Made by a program: the position numbers and the translations under genes. A stretch of 64,000 bases of DNA from Ruegeria sp. GTDB lineage: Bacteria; Pseudomonadota; Alphaproteobacteria; Rhodobacterales; Rhodobacteraceae. The notes beneath the pieces are model-generated. The model worked only from the letters and a program-made list of their open reading frames with translations. It had not been told where the DNA came from and made no database searches. Location: the NCBI RefSeq assembly GCF_965243365.1, contig NZ_CBDEUW010000002.1, positions 3,087,057 to 3,151,056 on the forward strand, written 5' to 3'. Below, one piece after another: positions 39,755-51,411 of the stretch. The first letter of the stretch is position 1, and each line of letters begins with the position of its first letter.

Positions 39755-40039
39755 ATGGCTGAGGCCAAGGTTTTTTTACGCGGGCACATCATGGTGCCTG
39801 CAAATCGCGTTGCGCAGGTTCGGGCGGCTTTGCCAGACCACGTCGCCCTGACTCGGGCCGAACCCGGATGTTTGTCATTCGAAGTTGTCGAAGATGCAGA
39901 TATCCCCGGTCGGTTCAATGTCAGCGAAGTCTTTGAAAATCGCGCGGCGTTCGATGCGCATCAGGCCCGGACCAAAGCCTCGGAGTGGTTTGAAGTGACT
40001 CAAGGTCTTTCGCGCGACTATTCGATCTCGTCGGAATAG
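39755..40039 (+). CDS. ABM-domain protein (putative quinol monooxygenase-like)
   Basis: 94 aa. CLSFEV...D....F.V.EVF....AFDAH pattern typical of YgiN-like ABM proteins. Confidence 0.7.
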   Translation: MAEAKVFLRGHIMVPANRVAQVRAALPDHVALTRAEPGCLSFEVVEDADIPGRFNVSEVFENRAAFDAHQARTKASEWFEVTQGLSRDYSISSE

Positions 40040-40041
40040 TG

Positions 40042-40416
40042 TCAGATACCGTCGATCTGACGCTGATGGTCCTGAGCGTCGAACCAATCCTGTGACGAGA
40101 TGATCTTTTGGTCTGGGGCCAACTCCCATTCCTCCCATCCCCGTGTGACTACGTGGTTGCCGGATTTCGCGTGATGCCCTTCCAGAGTCCAAACGAAAAT
40201 GGCATGCGTTCCTGCCCAACGCATCATGTCGCAACGCAATTCAAAGTCTGAAAACTCGTCCCGAAACCGACGCGCGAACTCAGCGATGGCCGCTCGGCCG
40301 TTTTCTGGGGCACCACCGTTGACACTGATCTGGCCGTCATCGGTGAAAAACGCAGCCACCGCCTCGGCGTCGCCGGAACTCCACGCGATGGCGTAATCCC
40401 GCGCCAGATTGTTCAT
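40042..40416 (-). CDS. SnoaL-like / NTF2-fold protein
   Basis: YAIAWSSGDAEAVAAFFTDDG motif typical of SnoaL-like domains. Start set at the ATG at 40416. Confidence 0.65.
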   Translation of the reverse strand: MNNLARDYAIAWSSGDAEAVAAFFTDDGQISVNGGAPENGRAAIAEFARRFRDEFSDFELRCDMMRWAGTHAIFVWTLEGHHAKSGNHVVTRGWEEWELAPDQKIISSQDWFDAQDHQRQIDGI

Positions 40417-40555
40417 CTCGTCTCGAACGCTGCCCACGATTGTCCCCCTTGCCAAGCTCATCCGCTTTGACGGGGATGCTAGAATATCCGCCTGCCATGC
40501 GTCCACGTTGGTTGCCGCAGGCAGCAATTATCGGCGAAAATCCGAAGGTAAGAGA

Positions 40556-43021
40556 TTATCGGGCAGGGATCAGCCTGGTCACCCCAACGGCGGCTGCGCG
40601 GGCCAGGTCCATGTCCAAGGACATCGGAATATACTCTCCTCTCCGCCAAAGCTGGGCCTGATCGTCGTAATAGCGTGATAGGAAGTGACCGGACTGGCCC
40701 GTCGCGGTGATAAAGACCGAACTGTCGGGATCAGCGAAATCGTAGACGCCACGATAGCCAGCACCGTGGACGTTCTGAAAGGGATCGGGCCCTTCACCCG
40801 AGGTTCGGCCACGCAGCAAGGTGTTGTCGCCGCCACTGGTGGACTGGCGGATGTTTACAAAGAATCTCAGCACCGGAACTTCACCCAGAACCGGATGGTC
40901 ATGAGTGGCCTGATGCGCGTCACCCCAACGCAGCGATTCCAACGCGTCCCCATATCGTTCCGTAATCCAGATCAACGCGTCATCCAGCGCCAGCCGGGCC
41001 ATATCGGTGCAGGTCTCAACGGGTGCGCTTTGACGAACGTCACACCAGACTGCGGCGCCATCGATGTCGCGATACACCCGTTCTATGAACAATGGTTCGA
41101 CATGCTTGAACTCTGAAGCCAGCGGTCCAAGCTCGTCCGAAATGAGACGAATTTGCAGCGCCCGTAACCAAGCTGCATAGATCAGGGGTTCAGGCAGATG
41201 CTCATTCATTTCGCCGTTCCATTCCGCCAGCAGGTTTAACGCGGTCTGGCGTTGCCGTTCCAACGTGCCCTCTGGGGCGGATTCGCCCGTAAACCACAGA
41301 TCGGCACCGATCAGCGGCAACAAAGAACGGGCGGTGAAGCTGACAGTATCCAATTGCGCTTCGATGAAGCTGTCGCGGGTGTGCACCTCGCGCGATTGCA
41401 TCAGGCGTTCCCAGCGGTGGACGCGCTGCGTGTCTCCCCATTCATATGAGACATGTTTTGGGAAGGGACGGTCGATAATCTTATTGTTGGTGTTACCCAG
41501 AATGCCGCCCGCAGGCGCAACAAATTCAGGATTGTCCGCATAGGGTAATCGGCCTTGCCAGCGGTTGCGCTCTAACCAGCCCGGGGTCGGGATACGCCCC
41601 CGGCTTTGGTTGTTGAGGTCCCGTTCAGGCATCGCACCAATAAGTTTCAGCCCGATCGTATCCCTGTCGACCAAAGACAGGTTCTGGGACGGCGCGATAT
41701 AGCTTTCCGCCGCCGCAATCGCCTGCCGAACGGTGTCGGAGTTCATCAACTGCATCGAGGCCGTCATTGATGTATCCTGCGGGCTCAGCGCGCTCCATGA
41801 TAACGAGGCGACATGGCCGGGTGGAGTGATGGTCGCCAAATCGAAATCCGTGCCGGGCAGAACAGGGCCATTTTCGGTCCATCGCAGGGTCAGGGTGATC
41901 GGGGCCGAATCCTTGATTTCAATGATCGAAGGGCGGGAGAGGAACTTTTTGTACCCTTCCGGCGTCATGTATTCTTCGGGATTTTCTGGATTAAGACGCT
42001 CGATATGAACGTCCTGGTCGTCCAGATAAGACGACGTCAGACCCCAACCCAACCTGTCGCTGCGCCCGGCCATGACGGCAGGGACACCGGGGATGGTGGC
42101 CCCGATAACGCCGCCTTTCTCAAGTCCCAGATGGGCCAGATACCAAACGCCGGGCGCGGTAAAGCCCAAATGCGGGTCATTGGCCAGCAAGGTCCCGCCG
42201 CTGGCTGAGCGCGATGGCGCGGCGGACCATGCGTTGGACGCGCCGGCAAGGCCGCGGGGGGACAAGGGCGACAAGGGCGAATCCGGCAAAACGACACCTG
42301 CGGCGTATCGCGGAACATTTGGAAACAGCGCGGCATATTCGGGCAGGGCCGCAATGCCCGGCCCAGGCACGTCCGGCAAAATGTCAACCAGCCGGGCCGG
42401 ATCGTTCAACATCAACGAGGTTCGGGCGCGCAGTACCTCATCCTGCAAATGACCAGACAATTGCAAAGCCATAAGTTTGATCACCGCCAGACTGTCGCCG
42501 GGTTGCCAGGGTGAAACGGGGGCATTGAACAGAAACATCTCGGGCGCGCCGCGACCCAGGGCGGCCTCGTTGATCTCATCCAGACGTGAGTTCACGCCGG
42601 CGGCATAGGCCCGCAAGGCAGCCTTGGTATAGTCATCCTGGGCGTCGACGGACCGATGTGCCAAACCGTACAGATCGAACCGGCGCAGCAATTTGTCGAT
42701 ATGCACGGTGCGCTGGCCGAAAACTTCAGACAGGCGTCCCTGAGCCGTGCGGCGCAAAACCGTCATCTGCCACAGCCTGTCCTGTGCATGGGCATAGCCC
42801 AGACCAAAAAACACATCCGGGTCGGAACTTCCAAGGATATGCGGTACGTTCGCGGTGTCGCGTACAATCTCGACCGGAGCGTTTAAGCCATTGACGTCAA
42901 GCGTTTGGTTGTATTCCGGCAGGGACTGGCTGGCCAGGAAATAGACCAACCCGATGGCCGCCAGCACCAACATGACCAGCGCCGTGGTAATCCGAACAAG
43001 CCACCGAAAAATCACACCCAT
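40556..43021 (-). CDS. Penicillin acylase family Ntn-hydrolase (candidate N-acyl-homoserine-lactone acylase)
   Basis: N-terminal TM anchor, GLGYAHAQDRLWQM motif and a predicted autoprocessing site G/SNAW (GASNAWSAAP). Confidence 0.9.
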   Translation of the reverse strand: MGVIFRWLVRITTALVMLVLAAIGLVYFLASQSLPEYNQTLDVNGLNAPVEIVRDTANVPHILGSSDPDVFFGLGYAHAQDRLWQMTVLRRTAQGRLSEVFGQRTVHIDKLLRRFDLYGLAHRSVDAQDDYTKAALRAYAAGVNSRLDEINEAALGRGAPEMFLFNAPVSPWQPGDSLAVIKLMALQLSGHLQDEVLRARTSLMLNDPARLVDILPDVPGPGIAALPEYAALFPNVPRYAAGVVLPDSPLSPLSPRGLAGASNAWSAAPSRSASGGTLLANDPHLGFTAPGVWYLAHLGLEKGGVIGATIPGVPAVMAGRSDRLGWGLTSSYLDDQDVHIERLNPENPEEYMTPEGYKKFLSRPSIIEIKDSAPITLTLRWTENGPVLPGTDFDLATITPPGHVASLSWSALSPQDTSMTASMQLMNSDTVRQAIAAAESYIAPSQNLSLVDRDTIGLKLIGAMPERDLNNQSRGRIPTPGWLERNRWQGRLPYADNPEFVAPAGGILGNTNNKIIDRPFPKHVSYEWGDTQRVHRWERLMQSREVHTRDSFIEAQLDTVSFTARSLLPLIGADLWFTGESAPEGTLERQRQTALNLLAEWNGEMNEHLPEPLIYAAWLRALQIRLISDELGPLASEFKHVEPLFIERVYRDIDGAAVWCDVRQSAPVETCTDMARLALDDALIWITERYGDALESLRWGDAHQATHDHPVLGEVPVLRFFVNIRQSTSGGDNTLLRGRTSGEGPDPFQNVHGAGYRGVYDFADPDSSVFITATGQSGHFLSRYYDDQAQLWRRGEYIPMSLDMDLARAAAVGVTRLIPAR

Positions 43022-43182
43022 TTACGCCCCACAAATCCATTCGGCTTTTGTTGGCAGCGACACTAGTAGAACCCCGGCCCGACCGAAAGAGGATTGCTGC
43101 GTCAACAACCCAGAAAACCCCCCTCAAGTCTGACCCCCGTCACAGAATGCAACAGGGGTCAGCCGAGGGGGGACTTTGATCT

Positions 43183-43755
43183 TCAGGGGATAATGCGGGT
43201 GTATTTCGTGCCTTCGACCGTGGCCCCGAATTTCAGCCCGGCCTGTCCGAAGACGGCCGCCAGAACAGGTTTGCGCAATTGTGTCGTGTCGGTTGATAAC
43301 GAGTCGCCGGTTGCATCAACCACGTAGCCAATATCGGCACCAGCGGTCCAACCGCTGGAGCGTCGGAAATCGTTCAGCGCGTCTTCGGTCATGAAAAACA
43401 GAACATGGGCGTATTGCTGTGCTCCGATTTGCAGGCCAGCGCTGCCGGATACGGCGGAATAATAATCGACGGTCGCGCCCTGAATGCGCAACGCACCCTG
43501 GCCATAGGCGCCACCAAAGATGAAACCGGCCTCGGTGATCAGCGGCATCACCAGCATGCCATTGGCTTTATTGGCGATTTCCACGGTGTTGGGGTACTTG
43601 CTGTACATTTCGTTCAGCGTCGCATCGACGCGGGCATCAATCGTTGCCGCGTTGGTATTGCCGACACCGTTGCCGCACGCTGCGGTCAGGGTCAGCCCGG
43701 CCATGCCAAAAGCAAAGCCGCGACGGCTCAGTCGGGGGGTGTTGGAACTGCTCAT
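43183..43755 (-). CDS. SYLF (Ysc84-like) domain lipoprotein with a Tat-like signal
   Basis: SRRGFAFGMAGLTLTAAC signal with lipobox. SYLF core: GGAYGQGAL...GLQIGAQ. AGGAAA RBS at the chosen start. Confidence 0.75.
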   Translation of the reverse strand: MSSSNTPRLSRRGFAFGMAGLTLTAACGNGVGNTNAATIDARVDATLNEMYSKYPNTVEIANKANGMLVMPLITEAGFIFGGAYGQGALRIQGATVDYYSAVSGSAGLQIGAQQYAHVLFFMTEDALNDFRRSSGWTAGADIGYVVDATGDSLSTDTTQLRKPVLAAVFGQAGLKFGATVEGTKYTRIIP

Positions 43756-43897
43756 GTTTCCTGTCTCTGTAAGTATGCCTGAATTGCCGGGTGTTCCCGA
43801 TCTTATGTGCAAGAATACGCCGATTGGCGGGACATGTCACGGAAAAGCTAATCCGATGGGCCCTGCAATCGGCGAAAAATTGCGAAATGGCAGGGTT

Positions 43898-45544
<1,647 letters not shown>

Positions 45545-45563
45545 CAATGATAAGGACAAGGCG

Positions 45564-48500
45564 ATGCAGGCTCCGAACCACGTGACAGTCGGCGGCGCCC
45601 CCGAGGGGTATGACGCGCAGCTTGTCCTGAACGAGATCGCCCGTTCCGGCGGTCCGGTTGTTCATGTGGCCCGCGATGACAAGCGAATGGAGGCGATGCG
45701 TGCTGCGTTGGCCTTCTTTGCGCCAGACATGCCGGTTTTTGTCTTTCCGGGCTGGGATTGTTTGCCCTATGACCGCGTTTCGCCCAACGCGGACATCGCG
45801 GCGACCCGTGTGGCGACTCTGGCGGCGTTGGTGCATCAGATGCCAGCACAATTCGTTCTGCTGACCACGCTGAACGCTGCAACTCAACGGGTTCCTGCCC
45901 GAGAGGTCTTGCGCGAAGCTGCATTCACTGCCCGTGTCGACCACCGTGTTGACGAAGGCATGTTGCGCAAGTTTCTGGTGCGCATGGGGTTTACGCAAAG
46001 CCCCACCGTGATGGAACCCGGTGACTATGCTATCCGTGGTGGGATCATCGACATCTTTCCACCGGGCGAATCCGGCCCGGTGCGACTGGACCTGTTCGGA
46101 GATGTACTTGACGGCGCGCGCCGGTTCGATCCCGTCTCACAACGGACGACCGAGAAGCTGGAGGTCGTGGAACTCGCCCCGGTTTCCGAGGTCATTCTGG
46201 ATGACGCTGCCATCACCCGTTTCCGCCAAAACTACCGTATCGAGTTCGGTGCGGCTGGGACCGACGATCCGCTGTACGAGGCTGTCAGCGCGGGGCGTAA
46301 ACATAAGGGCATCGAACATTGGCTGCCGTTCTTCCACGAGAAGCTGGAAACGTTGTTTGATTATCTGCCGGGGGCGACGGTATCTCTGGACGATCAGATT
46401 ACACCTGCGCGGTTGGCGCGCTGGGATACTATTGCGGATCAGTATGAAACGCGAAAGCTGGCTTTGGAAAACCGCTCGCGCATGGATACGGTCTACAAGC
46501 CGGCGCCGCCCGGATTGCTTTACCTTGATGACGCCGCGTGGGAGCAGGCAGTGAGCGACCTTCGGGTGCTGCAATTCAGCCCACTGCCACAGGCCAGCGG
46601 TCCCGGCGTGATTGATGCGGGCGGACGGATCGGGCGCAACTTTGCTCCGGAACGGCAGCAGGAAAGCATAAGTTTGTTTGGCGCACTGGCCAGCCATATT
46701 ACGGACAAGATGGCCAAAGGGCCGGTGCTGATTGCGTCTTATTCCGAAGGTGCGCGCGAACGTCTGACAGGGTTGATCGAAGACGAAGGATTGGCCGAAG
46801 CGATCCCTGTTTCTGACGGCACCCGCGTTGGCAAGCGGGGTCTGCATCTGGCCGTATGGGCGCTGGAGCATGGTTTCGAGACACCCGATTTGACGGTGAT
46901 CGCCGAACAGGACGTGCTGGGCGACCGATTGATCCGCCAGCCCAAAAAACGCCGCAAGGCCGAGAATTTCCTGACCGAGACTCAGTCCCTCAGCCCCGGT
47001 GATCTTGTGGTGCATGTGGATCACGGCATCGGGCGCTATCAGGGGATGGAGGTCGTCACCGCCGCCGGGGCCGCGCATGAATGCCTGTTGCTGGAATATG
47101 CCGAGCATTCAAAGCTGTATCTGCCGGTCGAAAACATCGAATTGCTGTCAAAATACGGCCACGACGAAGGGCTTCTGGACCGTCTGGGCGGCGGCGCATG
47201 GCAAGCCAAGAAAGCCAAGCTGAAAGAGCGCATCCGCGAGATGGCGGACAAGCTGATCCGCATCGCTGCCGAACGCGCCCTGCGCAAGGCTCCGGTCATG
47301 GACCCGCCGCCGCATGCGTGGGAGGAGTTCAGCGCGCGCTTTCCGTATCTGGAGACCGAGGACCAGCTACGGGCGATCTCGGAAGTTATGGAGGACATGC
47401 ATTCCGGCGCGCCGATGGATCGTCTGATTTGCGGCGATGTGGGGTTCGGCAAGACCGAGGTCGCCATGCGTGCCGCCTTTGTGGCGGCAATGTCGGGCGT
47501 ACAGGTCGCGGTGATTGCCCCAACCACGTTGCTGGCGCGTCAGCACGCGGCGTCGTTCAAGGAACGTTTCCGGGGTTTCCCTTTAGAGGTCCGGCAGCTC
47601 TCGCGCTTTGTGTCGGCGAAAGAGGCGCGACAAACCCGCGACGGGCTGGCGCGTGGCACGGTGGATATCGTGATCGGCACCCATGCTTTGCTGGCCAAGG
47701 GGATCCGGTTCCAGAACCTGGGTCTGCTGATCATCGATGAAGAACAACATTTCGGCGTCGGTCACAAAGAACGGCTGAAACAGCTGCGCTCGGACGTGCA
47801 TGTCCTGACCCTGACTGCCACACCGATCCCTCGGACGCTGCAATTGTCGCTGACCGGTGTGCGCGATTTGTCTATCATTGGCACTCCGCCCATCGACCGT
47901 CTGGCGATACGTACTTATGTCAGCGAGTTCGATGCGGTCACCATCCGCGAGGCTCTGCTGCGCGAACATTACCGCGGCGGACAAAGTTTCTATGTGGTCC
48001 CGCGCATCTCGGACCTGCCCGAGATCGAGGAATTTCTGAAAGAGCAATTGCCAGAACTGACCTATGTGGTCGCGCACGGGCAGATGGCCGCAGGTGAGCT
48101 CGATGACCGGATGAACGCTTTTTATGATGGCAGGTACGATGTGCTGCTGGCCACCACGATTGTGGAAAGCGGTCTGGATATCCCGACCGCGAATACGATG
48201 GTCGTGCACCGGGCTGACATGTTCGGCCTTGCGCAGCTTTATCAGATACGGGGCCGGGTGGGGCGATCCAAGACCCGAGCCTATGCCTATCTGACCACCA
48301 AGCCGCGCGCCCGGCTGACCGCCACGGCCGAAAAACGCCTGCGTGTTCTGGGATCTCTCGATACGCTTGGGGCAGGGTTTACGCTGGCGTCACAGGATTT
48401 GGACATCCGCGGCGCAGGCAATCTGCTGGGCGAGGAGCAATCGGGCCAGATGCGCGATGTGGGCTATGAGCTTTACCAGTCGATGCTGGAAGAGGCGATT

Positions 48501-49019
48501 GCCAAGATCAAAGCCGGTGAGATGGAGGGTCTCAGCGATGCCGACGACCAGTGGGCACCTCAGATCAATCTGGGCGTGCCGGTTCTTATCCCCGAGGATT
48601 ACGTGCCAGATCTGGATGTGCGCTTGGGTCTTTATCGCCGTCTGTCATCCCTGTCGACCAAAGTCGAATTGGAAGGCTTTGCCGCTGAACTCATCGATCG
48701 CTTTGGGACGTTGCCGAAAGAGGTCAATACGCTAATGCTGGTCGTGCGCATCAAGGCGATGTGCAAACGGGCCGGGATCGCCAAGCTGGACGGTGGCCCG
48801 AAGGGGGCAACGATCCAATTTCACAACGACAAGTTTGCCTCTCCCGAGGGGTTGGTGGAATTCATCCAAAACCAACGCGGGTTGGCCAAGGTCAAAGACA
48901 ACAAGATCGTTGTGCGCCGCGATTGGAAGAAAGACAGCGACAAGATCAAGGGCGCGTTCGCGATTGCCCGAGATTTGGCCGAGAAGGTGTTGGCCAAAAA
49001 GAAAAAGGCAAAAGCCTAG
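45564..49019 (+). CDS. mfd: Transcription-repair coupling factor Mfd
   Basis: 1151 aa with a UvrB-homology N-terminus, an RNAP-interaction domain, superfamily-2 helicase motifs (GDVGFGKTEV, DEEQHFG) and a TRG motif region. Confidence 0.97.
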   Translation: MQAPNHVTVGGAPEGYDAQLVLNEIARSGGPVVHVARDDKRMEAMRAALAFFAPDMPVFVFPGWDCLPYDRVSPNADIAATRVATLAALVHQMPAQFVLLTTLNAATQRVPAREVLREAAFTARVDHRVDEGMLRKFLVRMGFTQSPTVMEPGDYAIRGGIIDIFPPGESGPVRLDLFGDVLDGARRFDPVSQRTTEKLEVVELAPVSEVILDDAAITRFRQNYRIEFGAAGTDDPLYEAVSAGRKHKGIEHWLPFFHEKLETLFDYLPGATVSLDDQITPARLARWDTIADQYETRKLALENRSRMDTVYKPAPPGLLYLDDAAWEQAVSDLRVLQFSPLPQASGPGVIDAGGRIGRNFAPERQQESISLFGALASHITDKMAKGPVLIASYSEGARERLTGLIEDEGLAEAIPVSDGTRVGKRGLHLAVWALEHGFETPDLTVIAEQDVLGDRLIRQPKKRRKAENFLTETQSLSPGDLVVHVDHGIGRYQGMEVVTAAGAAHECLLLEYAEHSKLYLPVENIELLSKYGHDEGLLDRLGGGAWQAKKAKLKERIREMADKLIRIAAERALRKAPVMDPPPHAWEEFSARFPYLETEDQLRAISEVMEDMHSGAPMDRLICGDVGFGKTEVAMRAAFVAAMSGVQVAVIAPTTLLARQHAASFKERFRGFPLEVRQLSRFVSAKEARQTRDGLARGTVDIVIGTHALLAKGIRFQNLGLLIIDEEQHFGVGHKERLKQLRSDVHVLTLTATPIPRTLQLSLTGVRDLSIIGTPPIDRLAIRTYVSEFDAVTIREALLREHYRGGQSFYVVPRISDLPEIEEFLKEQLPELTYVVAHGQMAAGELDDRMNAFYDGRYDVLLATTIVESGLDIPTANTMVVHRADMFGLAQLYQIRGRVGRSKTRAYAYLTTKPRARLTATAEKRLRVLGSLDTLGAGFTLASQDLDIRGAGNLLGEEQSGQMRDVGYELYQSMLEEAIAKIKAGEMEGLSDADDQWAPQINLGVPVLIPEDYVPDLDVRLGLYRRLSSLSTKVELEGFAAELIDRFGTLPKEVNTLMLVVRIKAMCKRAGIAKLDGGPKGATIQFHNDKFASPEGLVEFIQNQRGLAKVKDNKIVVRRDWKKDSDKIKGAFAIARDLAEKVLAKKKKAKA

Positions 49020-49693
49020 TCGCCCGTCACAAAGGTGCAAATCTGCCAGTCGCCGCCGTCGGATTTCACCAACGCGGCGCGGTATCCGACCATGGACCAT
49101 AAGTAATCCCGGTGCATGTAGCCTGTCGTGCCATCGGTGAGCCAGATTTTCTGGTATTCGTGTTCAGGAAGGTAGTCGGGAACGATCACCACTTCGTGGC
49201 TGATCAACTCGGTCAAAGCGCCGTCGCGGGATGGCGACTGACGCAGGGAGACGTTTTCCCCCATCACAAAAAAGGCTGTGAACGGGTCCAGCGAAGCGGG
49301 CAAGGTGATTTTCCAGGGATGTGGCATCCAGAATTCACCTTGCTCGTCGAAATATCCAGGCTGGGACAGCGTTGTTTCCAAATCGGTCCAGTAAGATTCC
49401 CGCAGGTCGACGGCTTCGTGGCGAAACTCTTCGTCCAGGGTTTCAGGAGGGACTGTCAGGTTCAGGCGAAACTCCTTGGGGCCACCTGCGGTGCCGTGAC
49501 TCAGGTAGATATCCGGGCAGGCCGAGGCGACCAGGAATTCGGTATCGCGGGCGGCGATCCTTTCCAGAAGCGTGGCGCGAAATTCGGCCAGCGACGGGTC
49601 ACGATCAGCTTGGTCGATGGGTGGAAAGCTCTGTCGTTGGGCCAGTACGGGGTTGCAGACCAACGTGGCCAGCAAAAAGCAGATCAGTTTCAT
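49016..49693 (-). CDS. Secreted hypothetical protein with a C-terminal SH3b-like segment
   Basis: Signal peptide MKLICFLLATLVCNPVLA. The C-terminal pattern VSLRQSPSRDGALTELISHEVVIV...GYMHRDYLW resembles bacterial SH3. Confidence 0.6.
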   Translation of the reverse strand: MKLICFLLATLVCNPVLAQRQSFPPIDQADRDPSLAEFRATLLERIAARDTEFLVASACPDIYLSHGTAGGPKEFRLNLTVPPETLDEEFRHEAVDLRESYWTDLETTLSQPGYFDEQGEFWMPHPWKITLPASLDPFTAFFVMGENVSLRQSPSRDGALTELISHEVVIVPDYLPEHEYQKIWLTDGTTGYMHRDYLWSMVGYRAALVKSDGGDWQICTFVTGD

Positions 49694-51354
49694 TCAGCGG
49701 CCCTCATTGCCGCTTGTGCGCAGAAACAGGATGCCCCAACCGCACGATCTGCCCGAGCCAGTGCAAGGTCCAGCCTTTGCTTTATCATTTTGATTTCAAC
49801 AGTTTCGCCGCGCGCCTTCAGGCAGTCATGCAGGCCCTTAAGGCTCCAGACATTGTCCGGGTGGATGGACGCACGGCTCAGATTGCCGCCTAGTCCCAGA
49901 TCTTCACGATAGGCTGCCTCGGCTTCGTCAACGTGGCCCTGTTCGAACAGCAATGCCCCCAGAGCGTGACGGGTTGGTTGCATCCAGCCCCACGGCTCGT
50001 CATAGGGCAAGGTATCGTCCAGTTCGACCGAACGGCGCAGATGCGCGAAGGCAAGCTCAAAGTTACCCTTGCGGTACTCGATTTCACCACGCAGCATTTC
50101 ACTTGCGATTTCAAGCAGATCGATAACGCGGTTATTGTGCAACCTGCGAGTTTCCGGAACACAGGTTTTGGCAGCTTGAAACAGGCTCTCTTCGGCTTCC
50201 GCCTCGGCCACTTGGCCGGTTGCGGCATAGGCGATTGCCCGGGCGTAATGGATGGTTGCCGTCAGCGTGCGATACAGGTCAGGGTCTTCGGGAAGTTCCA
50301 GCGCTTTAGCCTCCTCCCACCGGCCAAAGCGGATCAGGATATGCGGGCCCATGGACATGTAGCTTTCAAAGTAATCTGCCATGGGCGGGCTTTCGATGCG
50401 CAACATATCCTCGGGTGTCGTGTCCCACAGCCCCTGGTTGGCCTGCAGGGCCGGTTCCATCTGGCCCAGAAACAACGCGCCGTAGATGGCAAAATGGTAG
50501 TTGTGTTGCCGATACCCGGTGTAAATGTTGAACGCGCCTTCACGTTCGTAATACATCAGGTCGGCTTCGGTCGCCTTTTCGTTCCAATGAACGACGTTCT
50601 GGTAGTGGCCGCACAGCACATCGATATGGGTTGGCATATGCACAAGATGACCTGCATCGGGAACCAGAGTGCGCAGGACATCCCCGGCTTTCAGAGCCTT
50701 TTCGGGCGTCGGTGACATTTCCATCAGATGGACATAGAGGTGCAGGAGGCCGGGATGCGACATGGCCTTGGCCTCGTTGGCCATGGCCCATTCGAGAACG
50801 TCCTGCGCCTCCAGCGTGGCTGCCCCTTCGGCGGGTTGCCCGGTTTTCAGGTCCCACATCTGCCATGGTGTCAGGTTCAGCAGGGATTCGACGTAGATCG
50901 TGCGCAGGTCCAGATGGTCGGGCTGCTCGGCAAAGGCTGCGCGCATGGCGTCGGCATAGTCGTAGTCCCAGGCGTGCATGTCAGGGATCGGGTCACGCTG
51001 CGGATAGCGCGCGGGCAGGGCGCGGATCAGGGCCCGTTCAACCGGTGTGCATTGATCCAGCAAGGCCATCGCCTTTTGCGTCGCGTCATAGGCCAGCGCC
51101 AGCGCCTTTATCTGCCCTTGTTCGTCGCGCAGGTCCCACGGAAGATTGTAGTTTGGGCCTGCGGCATAGGCCACGCCCCAATGGGCCATTGCGCAGCTTG
51201 GGTCGTGCTCAGCCGCACGCTGGAAACACATGACCGCTTCGTCATGGTTGTAACCGTAGGTCCAGGCAAGGCCCCGATCGAACCACAGCTGAGCATCGGC
51301 CGATGATGTTGTTACCGCACAGGAATACGTGCCGAGGTCATAATCATAGCTCAT
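49690..51354 (-). CDS. TPR-like repeat protein (conserved hypothetical)
   Basis: 554 aa, helical-repeat rich (FQRAAEHDPSCAMAHWGVAYA...). An ATGA overlap joins it to the downstream gene. Confidence 0.6.
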   Translation of the reverse strand: MSYDYDLGTYSCAVTTSSADAQLWFDRGLAWTYGYNHDEAVMCFQRAAEHDPSCAMAHWGVAYAAGPNYNLPWDLRDEQGQIKALALAYDATQKAMALLDQCTPVERALIRALPARYPQRDPIPDMHAWDYDYADAMRAAFAEQPDHLDLRTIYVESLLNLTPWQMWDLKTGQPAEGAATLEAQDVLEWAMANEAKAMSHPGLLHLYVHLMEMSPTPEKALKAGDVLRTLVPDAGHLVHMPTHIDVLCGHYQNVVHWNEKATEADLMYYEREGAFNIYTGYRQHNYHFAIYGALFLGQMEPALQANQGLWDTTPEDMLRIESPPMADYFESYMSMGPHILIRFGRWEEAKALELPEDPDLYRTLTATIHYARAIAYAATGQVAEAEAEESLFQAAKTCVPETRRLHNNRVIDLLEIASEMLRGEIEYRKGNFELAFAHLRRSVELDDTLPYDEPWGWMQPTRHALGALLFEQGHVDEAEAAYREDLGLGGNLSRASIHPDNVWSLKGLHDCLKARGETVEIKMIKQRLDLALARADRAVGASCFCAQAAMRAAE

Positions 51355-51411
51355 GGAAACTCTCCCCTCGAATTGAGGGAAGGTTAACGTGTTTCGTCCG
51401 GGCTGGACAGA

